Assembly (NCBI RefSeq): GCF_000039765.1
Contig: NC_004460.2
Location: forward strand, 1,740,001 to 1,772,000
Direction of reading: 5' to 3'
DNA length: 32,000 nt
DNA from: Vibrio vulnificus CMCP6
GTDB taxonomy: Bacteria > Pseudomonadota > Gammaproteobacteria > Enterobacterales > Vibrionaceae
The notes under the pieces are model-generated. The model saw nothing but the letters and a program-made list of their open reading frames with translations, did not search any database and had not been told where the DNA came from. Shown piece by piece: positions 1 to 8,224 of the stretch. The position numbers were made by a program, and so were the translations under genes. Each line of letters begins with the position of its first letter. Within the stretch, counting starts at the first letter, position 1.

Positions 1-214
1 GAAGTGTAAGAATTTGAGTGAGTTTGGTTAGTGGAATTAAGAATGAAATTTCGACCTTCGGTTAATAGACCTAAATCATAAAAATCTAATACCTAAAATC
101 GAGAAAACGAGAAAAGTGTTAGTTATTGCGGAATGAGAAAAACTATAGTGCAAGATGCTAGTGGAGAATAATCAGTAGAAAGTGTCAGAAATACAAAGAA
201 ATGTCGGTGTAGCA

Positions 215-249
215 CAAAAAATAAAAAAGCCTCTTATTTAGGAAGAGGC
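215..249 (-). terminator. Rho-independent terminator downstream of malK
   Basis: On the minus strand, a GCCTCTT / AAGAGGC 7-bp stem (229-235 with 243-249) is followed by TTTTTTATTTTTT (complement of the A-run at 215-228). It lies 29 nt after the malK stop. Confidence 0.7.
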
Positions 250-277
250 CTTTAAAGACATGAAGATTAAAATAGTA

Positions 278-1393
278 TTAACGCTCTACGCCTTTTTCAT
301 TAAATAGGCGCTTACAAGCACGACCATCGCTGTGGAATAGGTGGCAGCGATGAGCTGGGATACCAATTTCTAAGCGATCGCCAGAATCCACGTCCAACGT
401 ATCTGGTTGGCGGTAGATCACATCCGCATCGGCACTTTCTAGGTTGAGGTAGACTTGCGTTTCATTACCCAGCTTCTCGACGATCATCACTTCACCATCG
501 ATCACCGCGTCGCCTTGTGCAGAGGAGACTAGGTGCTCAGGACGTACTCCCAGAGACATGCGATCACCTTTGTTGACGGTTGTTCCATCAACTGGGACCC
601 AAAAAGTCACGCCATTTGATAGCTTAACTTGAACGCGCTCGCTCTCTACATCCACGATTTGCACACTCATAAAGTTCATTTTTGGCGAACCAATGAAGCC
701 AGCAACAAAGCGATTTTCAGGGTAATGGTACAGCTCTAGGGGTTTACCAACTTGAGAGACAAAACCGCCATCGAGTACCACGATTTTGTCAGCCATGGTC
801 ATTGCTTCGACTTGGTCGTGCGTAACGTAAATCATGGTACAGCCAAGTTGGCGTTGCAGTTTGGTAATCTGGGCACGCATCTGAACGCGCAGGGCTGCGT
901 CTAGGTTAGACAACGGCTCGTCGAGTAAGAACACTTTTGGTTGTGAAACAAGGGTACGACCAATCGCCACGCGTTGACGCTGACCACCCGAAAGGGCTTT
1001 TGGTAGACGCTCGAGTAGGTGACCAAGCTGCAGGATTTCAGCGGCTTGCTCTACGCGTTTGTCGATCTCTTTTTTGTCTGCTTTCGCTAACTTAAGGCCG
1101 AATGACATGTTGTCATAGAGATTTAGGTGCGGATACAGTGCATAAGACTGGAAAACCATGCCTACGCCACGTTTCGATGGCTCTACATCATTCATACGCT
1201 CTTCACCGATGTAAAGATCGCCAGAGGTGATGTCTTCTAACCCTGCAATACAACGAAGCAATGTCGATTTACCACAACCCGATGGACCGACAAATACTAC
1301 GAATTCGCCTTCGTTGATCTCAAGATCAACGTTTTTAGAAATCAATACGTCGCCATACGCTTTACAAACATTTTTTAACGTGACACTCGCCAT
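278..1393 (-). CDS. malK: Maltose/maltodextrin ABC transporter ATP-binding protein MalK
   Basis: 371-aa ORF with Walker [13 protein letters not shown] signature LSGGQRQR and Walker B FLLDEPLS. It has a long C-terminal MalK-type regulatory domain and is divergent from malEFG. Confidence 0.97.
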   Translation of the reverse strand: MASVTLKNVCKAYGDVLISKNVDLEINEGEFVVFVGPSGCGKSTLLRCIAGLEDITSGDLYIGEERMNDVEPSKRGVGMVFQSYALYPHLNLYDNMSFGLKLAKADKKEIDKRVEQAAEILQLGHLLERLPKALSGGQRQRVAIGRTLVSQPKVFLLDEPLSNLDAALRVQMRAQITKLQRQLGCTMIYVTHDQVEAMTMADKIVVLDGGFVSQVGKPLELYHYPENRFVAGFIGSPKMNFMSVQIVDVESERVQVKLSNGVTFWVPVDGTTVNKGDRMSLGVRPEHLVSSAQGDAVIDGEVMIVEKLGNETQVYLNLESADADVIYRQPDTLDVDSGDRLEIGIPAHRCHLFHSDGRACKRLFNEKGVER

Positions 1394-1507
1394 TTAGCTC
1401 GTCCTCGATCAATTTTTTTATAATTCACTGCCCATCATTATATGAATTATGGAGCCGGACAGTAACAGTAGGAATCGGTAAGTTAAGCAACAGTAAGAAA
1501 ACAGGGC

Positions 1508-1543
1508 GGCACTTTAAAAATGGAGTTCCTAAATTAAAGTGCC
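1508..1543. repeat. Perfect 10-bp inverted repeat GGCACTTTAA-N16-TTAAAGTGCC in the malK-proximal part of the control region
   Basis: Read directly: 1508-1517 is the exact reverse complement of 1534-1543. Function is unknown; it could be a dimeric regulator site or an RNA hairpin. Confidence 0.5.
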
Positions 1544-1859
1544 ACCCACCATAGCCAAATACGAGTTTTCTCCCCCACATTCATCAAGATGTCTCCCCCG
1601 TGAATAACAAACTACCACTAACATCTTAACTAATGACATTCCACTCGTATGGCAATGAAAACCAGCAAAAACAGTGACCAAGTTGGTCTGCTGGGAAAGG
1701 GTTCTTACCATCCACTCTTGGATGGGTGCAGTTTCTTCGATATAGCACTCGCCTACATCCTCCTACGCTAATTAATTGTAGGGGGAGTAGAAAAGGAGGA
1801 GGGGGTTCTACGCCTCTTCCCCCAGAGTGGGCAAATATCACAATAATCGCGTCAGTAAA

Positions 1860-1875
1860 TGTGAATTCGATCTCA
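1860..1875. promoter_or_regulatory. CRP-like site TGTGA-N6-TCTCA
   Basis: TGTGAATTCGATCTCA matches the CRP consensus TGTGA-N6-TCACA at 9 of 10 core positions. A weaker copy, TGTGATTTTGCTCTCT, lies at 1890-1905. E. coli mal divergent promoters use several central CRP sites. Confidence 0.4.
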
Positions 1876-2062
1876 TCGAGTGCCATTTTTGTGATTTTGC
1901 TCTCTTACCTCTAACGATGTAGATCACGAAAATACGCCATAATATCTGGGGCGTAGAGGATAGGAGGATGAGACAGAGCAGGTTTTTTCAGATGATATAC
2001 GTCGAAATACGGCTCATCCTCTGCGGAGTAGCCCTACATCAAAATATAAAAAGGATACGAAC

Positions 2063-3244
2063 ATGAAAAATGCTCTAAGCGCTGTCGCACTAGGTACTCT
2101 TGTTGCACTGGGTTCTTTCGGTGCACACGCTGCCATTGAAGAAGGACAACTGACTATCTGGATCAACGGTGACAAAGGTTACAATGGTCTAGCAGAAGTA
2201 GGCAAAAAGTTTGAAGCAGACACAGGTATTAAAGTGACGGTGGCTCACCCAGATGCGCTGCAAGATAAATTCCCACAAACGGCAGCAACGGGTGACGGTC
2301 CTGATATCGTATTCTGGGCGCACGACCGTTTTGGTGGTTACGCAGAAGCGGGTCTGCTGGCTGAAATCAAACCTTCTAAACAAATTCAAGAAGGCATTGT
2401 GGATTTTGCATGGGACGCAGTGAAGTACGATGGCAAGATCATCGGCTACCCAATCGCGGTTGAGTCTCTATCTCTTATCTACAACAAAGATATCGTTCCA
2501 AACCCACCGAAGAGCTGGGAAGAAGTAGAAGCGTTAAACGCGAAACTGAAGAAAGAAGGCAAATCTGCCATCATGTGGAACCTAAAAGAACCGTACTTCA
2601 CGTGGCCACTAATGGCGGCTGATGGTGGTTACGCGTTCAAATACACTTCTGAAGGTTACGACGTTAAAGACGCAGGCATCGCGAAAGATGGCGTGAAAGA
2701 CGCAATGAACTTCGTTAAATCGCTAGTTGAGAAAGGCATCATCTCTCCAGACATGGACTACTCAGTATCTGAATCTGCATTTAACCAAGGTAAGACGGCG
2801 ATGACTATCAACGGTCCTTGGGCGTGGGGCAACATTGAGAAGTCTGGTATCAACTACGGCGTGACTACACTGCCTAAGTTCAATGGTCAATCTTCTAAGC
2901 CTTTCGTTGGCGTTCTTACTGCGGGCATCTCAACGGCATCACCAAACAAAGACCTTGCGGTAGAGTTCATTGAGAACTACCTACTGACAAATGATGGCCT
3001 ACGTATGGTGAACAACGATAAGCCGCTAGGCGCTGTTGCACTGAACTCGTTCCAACGTGAGCTTGATGCAGATGCTCGTATTGCGGCGACGATGGACAAC
3101 GCAATGAACGGTGAAATCATGCCAAATATCCCACAAATGAATGCATTCTGGGGTGCGGCGAAAAACGCGATCGTTAACGTAGTGGATGGTCGTCAAACTG
3201 TGGATGCTGCTCTGGCTGACGCAGAAAAACAAATGACAAAATAA
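2063..3244 (+). CDS. malE: Periplasmic maltose/maltodextrin-binding protein MalE
   Basis: 393 aa with signal peptide ending GAHA/A. There are extended blocks like E. coli MalE ([33 protein letters not shown]). RBS AAGGA at 2051-2055. Confidence 0.97.
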   Translation: MKNALSAVALGTLVALGSFGAHAAIEEGQLTIWINGDKGYNGLAEVGKKFEADTGIKVTVAHPDALQDKFPQTAATGDGPDIVFWAHDRFGGYAEAGLLAEIKPSKQIQEGIVDFAWDAVKYDGKIIGYPIAVESLSLIYNKDIVPNPPKSWEEVEALNAKLKKEGKSAIMWNLKEPYFTWPLMAADGGYAFKYTSEGYDVKDAGIAKDGVKDAMNFVKSLVEKGIISPDMDYSVSESAFNQGKTAMTINGPWAWGNIEKSGINYGVTTLPKFNGQSSKPFVGVLTAGISTASPNKDLAVEFIENYLLTNDGLRMVNNDKPLGAVALNSFQRELDADARIAATMDNAMNGEIMPNIPQMNAFWGAAKNAIVNVVDGRQTVDAALADAEKQMTK

Positions 3245-3254
3245 TGTAACTTTT

Positions 3255-3293
3255 TAAGGAGGGGGTAACTCCTCCTTACTTTTCTTTCTTTTC
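3255..3293 (+). terminator. Intercistronic malE-malF stem-loop (GUAA tetraloop) with U-rich tail; partial terminator or mRNA stabiliser
   Basis: TAAGGAGGGG (3255-3264) pairs with CTCCTCCTTA (3269-3278, one G-U pair) around the loop GTAA. It is followed by CTTTTCTTTCTTTTC. Confidence 0.55.
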
Positions 3294-3318
3294 TATATAT
3301 ATCGCTAGCAGGTTCCCT

Positions 3319-4890
3319 ATGCAGTCAGTTCAAGGTACAGATGCTATGACAGCTCCAGCAGCCAGCCTGCCGGGCAGCAAAAAAGTGTTTATTAAATGGG
3401 CGCTTCTTGGCACGGTCGGTCTTATTAATGGTTATGCAACGATTCTAATGTATTCTCGCGGTGAGGTTGCTTTTGCAATGCTTACTGTGATTCTTACTGC
3501 GTTGGCGTTGTATGTGTTTGGTAGTAAAAAAACTTACGCTCATCGCTACATTTATCCGGGTATTGCCGGGATGATTTTGTTCATCCTCTTCCCTTTGGCA
3601 TACACCGTTGGTCTTGCGTTTACCAACTACAGCGCTAAAAACCAGCTTTCTCTCGATCGTGCGCAAAGCGTGCTTTTGGACCGTACTTTCCAAAGTGGTG
3701 AAAGCTATCCGTTTACTCTGTATAAAACCGATTCTGGTCACCGTATTGTCATTAAAGATGGCGATGTCTTACTGTCGACACCTGAGTTTGTTCTTGGCAG
3801 CGCCATCAGCGATCTAGACCTTTCACCGGTGGATACGGTGAGCGGCACGGCAGAACCAATTAAGACCATTGTCAGCAACCGTACCGCACTGAGCAGCATC
3901 GATTTGCACTTTGCTAATGGTGATGACATCCGCATGAGTGGCTTACGCAAGTTTGCTGGTGTAGTGCCTCTTTACACCATGCAAGCGGATGGCGAAACGC
4001 TGAAGAATAATCAGACTGGTGAACTGCTCAAGCCCAATATGGACGTGGGTTTTTACCAAGCGATGGATGAAGCAGGTAACTTTGTTGGCAACACTGTCTC
4101 TCCAGGTTTTGTGGTGCAAATTGGTACCGATAACTTTGAACGTGTTTGGAAAGATGACGGCATCAAAGAGCCATTCATCAGTATCTTTATCTGGACGGTG
4201 GTTTTCTCAATTCTCACCGTATTGCTCACGCTCATGATTGGCTTGGTGCTGGCGAGTGTCGTGCAATGGGAAGAGCTAAAAGGCCGTGCTATTTATCGTG
4301 TATTGCTGATTCTGCCTTATGCGGTTCCTGCGTTTATCTCAATCTTGATCTTTAAAGGTCTGTTTAACCAAAGTTTTGGTGAGATCAACATGGTGTTAAA
4401 TGCGCTGTTTGGCATCAGCCCAAGCTGGTTCTCTGATCCAATCATGGCAAAAAGCATGGTGCTGATTGTGAACACTTGGCTTGGTTTCCCTTACATGATG
4501 ATCCTTTGTATGGGTTTGTTGAAAGCGATTCCAGAGGACTTGTACGAAGCCTCGGCGATTGATGGCGCCAATTTTGTGCAAAACTTCACTCGCGTTACGT
4601 TGCCACTGATGATTAAGCCGTTGACTCCACTGCTCATTGCGAGCTTTGCATTTAACTTCAACAACTTCGTCATGATCCAGTTGTTGACGCAAGGTGGTCC
4701 AAACATGATTGGTACTTCAGAGCCTGCGGGTTACACCGACTTGTTGGTGAGCTACACCTACCGCATTGCGTTTGAAGGCGGCGGCGGCCAAGACTTCGGT
4801 TTGGCAAGTGCTATCGCAACACTGATTTTCCTACTGGTTGGCGCGCTGGCTCTACTTAACCTGCGTTTCACTAAGCTGTCTCAGAACTAA
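3319..4890 (+). CDS. malF: Maltose ABC transporter permease MalF
   Basis: 523 aa with near-identical blocks to E. coli MalF (LILPYAVPAFISILIFKGLFNQSFGEINM, YRIAFEGGGGQDFGLA) and a long periplasmic loop. An alternative start ATG at 3346 (Met10) gives an N-terminus the same length as E. coli MalF. Confidence 0.94.
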   Translation: MQSVQGTDAMTAPAASLPGSKKVFIKWALLGTVGLINGYATILMYSRGEVAFAMLTVILTALALYVFGSKKTYAHRYIYPGIAGMILFILFPLAYTVGLAFTNYSAKNQLSLDRAQSVLLDRTFQSGESYPFTLYKTDSGHRIVIKDGDVLLSTPEFVLGSAISDLDLSPVDTVSGTAEPIKTIVSNRTALSSIDLHFANGDDIRMSGLRKFAGVVPLYTMQADGETLKNNQTGELLKPNMDVGFYQAMDEAGNFVGNTVSPGFVVQIGTDNFERVWKDDGIKEPFISIFIWTVVFSILTVLLTLMIGLVLASVVQWEELKGRAIYRVLLILPYAVPAFISILIFKGLFNQSFGEINMVLNALFGISPSWFSDPIMAKSMVLIVNTWLGFPYMMILCMGLLKAIPEDLYEASAIDGANFVQNFTRVTLPLMIKPLTPLLIASFAFNFNNFVMIQLLTQGGPNMIGTSEPAGYTDLLVSYTYRIAFEGGGGQDFGLASAIATLIFLLVGALALLNLRFTKLSQN

Positions 4891-4908
4891 GGGTAAGGAG
4901 CATACAAC

Positions 4909-5799
4909 ATGGCAATGGTACAAGGTAAATCACTTAAATACCGCGTATGGGCAACCCATATTGCATTATGGGCCTTCTTATCGATGATCATCTTCCCTTT
5001 GTTGATGATCGTAGCAATCTCGTTCCGCGAGGGTAACTTTGCAACAGGCAGTTTAATTCCAGACAACCCGTCATTGGAGCACTGGAAGCTGGCTCTTGGT
5101 TTCTCAGTCACCAATGCAGATGGATCTGTTACCCCACCGCCGTTCCCAGTTCTCACTTGGTTATGGAACTCGGTAAAAGTAGCAGGTATTACATCGATTC
5201 TGATTGTTGCGCTTTCAACGACATCGGCTTACGCATTTGCGCGTCTACGTTTTAAAGGTAAGGAGACTATCCTAAAAGCGATGATGATTTTCCAAATGTT
5301 CCCAGCAGTATTGGCGCTAGTGGCACTTTATGCTTTGTTTGACAAACTTGGCCAGTATATTCCGTTCCTTGGTTTGAATACGCACGGTGGTTTGATCTTC
5401 TCTTACCTTGGCGGTATCGCACTGCATGTTTGGACGATTAAGGGCTACTTTGAGACCATCGATAATTCGTTAGAAGAAGCTGCAGCGTTGGATGGTGCTA
5501 CACCATGGCAGGCATTCCGCTTAGTACTTCTACCTTTGTCTGTGCCGATTCTTGCAGTGGTCTTTATTCTGTCGTTTATCGGTGTAGTAGGCGAAGTTCC
5601 TGTGGCATCTTTGCTACTTTCTGATGTAAACTCTTATACATTAGCGGTTGGTATGCAGCAGTATCTCTACCCTCAAAACTATCTGTGGGGTGACTTTGCA
5701 GCAGCAGCGGTGCTTTCAGCGTTGCCAATTACCATCGTATTCTTACTTGCACAACGCTGGTTAGTAGGTGGTTTGACTGCCGGTGGTGTTAAAGGTTAA
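4909..5799 (+). CDS. malG: Maltose ABC transporter permease MalG
   Basis: 296 aa. RBS AAGGAG at 4895-4900. EAA-loop motif [15 protein letters not shown]. Starts 18 nt after the malF stop. Confidence 0.97.
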   Translation: MAMVQGKSLKYRVWATHIALWAFLSMIIFPLLMIVAISFREGNFATGSLIPDNPSLEHWKLALGFSVTNADGSVTPPPFPVLTWLWNSVKVAGITSILIVALSTTSAYAFARLRFKGKETILKAMMIFQMFPAVLALVALYALFDKLGQYIPFLGLNTHGGLIFSYLGGIALHVWTIKGYFETIDNSLEEAAALDGATPWQAFRLVLLPLSVPILAVVFILSFIGVVGEVPVASLLLSDVNSYTLAVGMQQYLYPQNYLWGDFAAAAVLSALPITIVFLLAQRWLVGGLTAGGVKG

Positions 5800-5833
5800 T
5801 CCCTTGTTGCGATTAACTTAAGGATAAGAATAA

Positions 5834-5860
5834 GAGCGACCGTATCAGGTCGCTCGTTTT
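5834..5860 (+). terminator. Rho-independent terminator after malG
   Basis: GAGCGACC (5834-5841) and GGTCGCTC (5848-5855) form an 8-bp stem with a 6-nt loop, followed by GTTTT. Confidence 0.75.
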
Positions 5861-6010
5861 ATTACTTTTTATTACCTATTTGGTTTGGCCGCCGATCTAG
5901 TAATAGAAAGTATCATGGCGTTACGCATAGCTGGCTGTTAGCTTTGTTCCTTACGATTATCACTAACAGTGTTTGTAACCAATTGCCTGAGTTTGTCCTC
6001 AGGCTTTTTT
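5861..6010 (+). ncRNA. Candidate small RNA or 3'-UTR-derived RNA between two tandem terminators downstream of malG (possible MicX-like sRNA); 5' boundary unknown
   Basis: About 125 nt with no ORF of 60 aa or more in the supplied track, ending in a second strong intrinsic terminator (5985-6010) on the same strand as malG. The position matches my recollection of V. cholerae MicX/A10 next to the malG homologue. The sequence itself is not recognised. Confidence 0.35.
5985..6010 (+). terminator. Second rho-independent terminator downstream of malG
   Basis: GCCTGAG (5985-5991) and CTCAGGC (5998-6004) form the stem, with a 6-nt loop, followed by TTTTTT (6005-6010). Confidence 0.8.
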
Positions 6011-6165
6011 GTATCTGATGTTTTTGTCTTGATAGTATGTACAAAGGACGGAAGCAGAGTAACCATTCCTACTTTAGTCGCATAGTTGAGATGAGATCTG
6101 ATGCGTATCAGTTCACAGAAATAGTTGTAGAATGCTAAACGGGTTAGATAAGGTTTTGATCTAGC

Positions 6166-6411
6166 TCAAAACTCTTTACTAGAAGGTGCGCAGCCAAGGT
6201 ATTGAAGGAGGGTGTACAAGCTTTCTTGTTGCAGAGCGACTCGACGGAAAAGATCGGCAAACGTCACATCGCCACCAAAACAGGCCTGGATATAGTGATT
6301 GATTTCGTCACTGGCGTATCCTTCCACATACATGGTGCGCACCCACTGATATTCAACCGACTTGAGATTGGCCAGTGTGCTTTCACTTAATGTGGTTTCC
6401 CTTAGTTTCAA
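6166..6411 (-). CDS. Hypothetical small protein (81 aa, TTG start)
   Basis: The ORF is non-repetitive and plausible in composition. However, it starts with TTG, and the only possible SD is AAGAGA about 7 nt upstream. An antisense ORF (6202-6390) of similar quality exists. Confidence 0.4.
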   Translation of the reverse strand: MKLRETTLSESTLANLKSVEYQWVRTMYVEGYASDEINHYIQACFGGDVTFADLFRRVALQQESLYTLLQYLGCAPSSKEF

Positions 6412-6495
6412 TGTGTTGTCTCTTGCTCATTTCAGTTGAGCGATTAAAACAAACCAAAATGACGCTTTTATGACGTTTTGATGTTGGAATGATGT

Positions 6496-6538
6496 CGAAA
6501 CAGACGAGCGTGAGCCCTTAGCTTAGGTCACACGCTCG
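6496..6538 (-). terminator. Possible terminator after the thioesterase gene
   Basis: On the minus strand, CGAGCGTG and CACGCTCG form an 8-bp stem (6531-6538 with 6505-6512) with an 18-nt loop, followed by TCTGTTTCG. The long loop and weak U tract make this uncertain. Confidence 0.35.
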
Positions 6539-6551
6539 ATGGTAGGGTGAA

Positions 6552-7037
6552 CTATTTGAGGTATTTAACGTGTGCTTCCATCTCTTCACCGATTTCTTTA
6601 CGCATGTTCATCAAGCGAATCGCAGATTGCTCGAGTGCTTTATCTTCGTCGGTTTCAGGAATCCATTTCTGAATGGGTGTGGGTTGGCCATTTTCATCAA
6701 CAGCGACCATGATAACAATGCAATGGGTGGTGAGTCTGTTTTTGAGATCTTTGGGATCGCTGGCTTGCACATCAATGGCAATGTGCATCGAGGTTGTCCC
6801 TGTGTAAATCACCTTGGCGCTGACTTCAACCAAGTTACCCACATGTATCGGTGCGACGAAACGAATGCCACCCGCGTAGGCAGTAATACAGTACTTGCCA
6901 CTCCAAGCTGCAGAGCAGGCATAGGCGGCTAAGTCGATCCACTTCATTACGGCGCCGCCGTGGACCTTTCCACCAAAATTCACATCCCCAGGTTCTGCGA
7001 GAAAGCGCAGAGTAATATTGCGTTGACCACGACTCAT
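6552..7037 (-). CDS. Acyl-CoA thioesterase, hotdog fold (YciA/BFIT-like)
   Basis: 161 aa. The N-terminal pattern LRFLAEPGDVNFGGKVHGGAVMKWIDLAA parallels E. coli YciA (LRTLAMPADTNANGDIFGGWLMSQMD). Confidence 0.88.
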   Translation of the reverse strand: MSRGQRNITLRFLAEPGDVNFGGKVHGGAVMKWIDLAAYACSAAWSGKYCITAYAGGIRFVAPIHVGNLVEVSAKVIYTGTTSMHIAIDVQASDPKDLKNRLTTHCIVIMVAVDENGQPTPIQKWIPETDEDKALEQSAIRLMNMRKEIGEEMEAHVKYLK

Positions 7038-7150
7038 ATGCCAATCCTTAACATGTCATTATTGTGCTTATTTGATAACAAAAATGTTACTTATTAGCAA
7101 TGAGTTTAGCGTATAGACGCCAAGGCGCGCTTGTTACGCATGACAACGAA

Positions 7151-8059
7151 CTATGAAATGGTGGCGGAGGTGACTTCCGACGGAACCATGGCCGCTTTCT
7201 TACGAGGTTTCAGTTGCGAAAGAATCACACCGAAGATCACCAATAACCCACCAACAAAGTGGTAAAGGTGTACCTGCTCTCCCAGCATACTTGTCGCTAA
7301 AGCCACTGCGACGACCGGAAGCAAATTCATGAACATTGCGCTGGATTCTGCGCCAATGCTGTCGATGGCTTTGACCCACATCCAAGGAGCGAGAATGGAG
7401 GCCGCGACGCCCGCATAAAAGATCAAAGGCAGAGCTTCTGCGCTAGGTAGCAACTGCTCGCTGGTCAGCCACAATGGTGTGAGCATGGCAACAGCAAACA
7501 GACCTTGCATGTAAATCAGTGTCCAATTGGAAAATGGCATTTTCCAGCGTTTCAATAACACGCAGTAGGCGGCATAGACAATCGCAGCAAGCACCATCAG
7601 TCCATCCCCTTGCGTGACGGGTTGTTCAATAAAGAAGGCCACATCACCTTGGCCAAGCATGTAGGCCAAACCAAACAGTGAAATTGCACCACCGATAAGG
7701 CTAAGAGCAGACACTCGTTTGCCCAAAAGAGGCACACTGAGAAAGACGCTGATCAAAGGGACCAATGAGGTGATCAACGACATGTTCGACGCGCTGGTGG
7801 TTAAGCCCGCGTAGTAACCTAAAGATTGGTTTAACACCATGCCTAACGTTGCCAAAAACGCGAGTTTACTGAGGTACGGTTTTATCTGCTGCCATTGGCG
7901 AATCACATGAGGTAGGCAAAATGGGGTGAGAATCGCCATGGCCACAAACCAACGATAAAAACTCATTGCACTCGGCTCAATAGCCGATGCTGCCAACTTA
8001 TTAACTATGGAGTTGCCGCCCCAAATAAGAACAGTAAAAAGTGGAAGCAGATAAACCAT
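7151..8059 (-). CDS. EamA/DMT-family (RhaT-like) inner-membrane transporter
   Basis: 302 aa with about 10 hydrophobic helices by eye. It has the duplicated EamA layout and an N-terminus LLPLFTVLIWGGNSIVNK typical of the family. Confidence 0.88.
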   Translation of the reverse strand: MVYLLPLFTVLIWGGNSIVNKLAASAIEPSAMSFYRWFVAMAILTPFCLPHVIRQWQQIKPYLSKLAFLATLGMVLNQSLGYYAGLTTSASNMSLITSLVPLISVFLSVPLLGKRVSALSLIGGAISLFGLAYMLGQGDVAFFIEQPVTQGDGLMVLAAIVYAAYCVLLKRWKMPFSNWTLIYMQGLFAVAMLTPLWLTSEQLLPSAEALPLIFYAGVAASILAPWMWVKAIDSIGAESSAMFMNLLPVVAVALATSMLGEQVHLYHFVGGLLVIFGVILSQLKPRKKAAMVPSEVTSATIS

Positions 8060-8224
8060 GAGAACTTACTCGCAGAATGACAGTTGTCAGATAGTTTGTC
8101 AGGTCGTTATAATTACAAGTATCTCTTAAAAGACATTGCGCGTGATAGGAAGACAAGTTTGAAAAAGTCCCCTCGACATCTTCATCCCTCGTTATCAATC
8201 GATACTCCACCATCTGATGTGTTT

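Larger units (their letters stand above)
1394..2062. promoter_or_regulatory. Divergent malK / malEFG control region with multiple MalT-like boxes and CRP-like sites
   Basis: G-rich boxes resembling the E. coli MalT box GGGGA(T/G)GAGG. TCTCCCCC occurs at 1569-1576 and 1592-1599 (GGGGGAGA on the malK strand, 23 bp apart). AGGAGGATG is at 1756-1764 (minus). GGGGGAGTAG is at 1781-1790 and GGAGGAGGGGG at 1795-1805. GGGGGAAGA is at 1815-1823 (minus). GGAGGATGAG is at 1963-1972 (plus) and GAGGATGAG at 2013-2021 (minus). Confidence 0.7.

Noticed and set aside
1-214. Non-coding left edge with a strikingly C-poor plus strand (no C in the first 51 nt) and recurrent AGTG tetramers.
   Set aside because: Spacing of the tetramers is irregular (13-85 nt). 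There is no ORF, hairpin or recognisable RNA motif, and the region is truncated by the window edge. That is insufficient to call anything.
1529-1914. Three track ORFs (1529-1711 minus, 1626-1886 minus, 1726-1914 plus) inside the malK-malE intergenic region.
   Set aside because: They overlap one another and have no RBS. Their products are low-complexity, driven by the G/C-run MalT-like boxes (for example RKGGGGSTPLPP). The region is better explained as regulatory DNA.
8084-8224. A 47-codon N-terminal extension of the AraC ORF.
   Set aside because: It starts at a TTG only 25 nt from the divergent EamA start codon. The extension is basic and low-information. The first ATG (8225) gives a normal-length cupin plus AraC protein.
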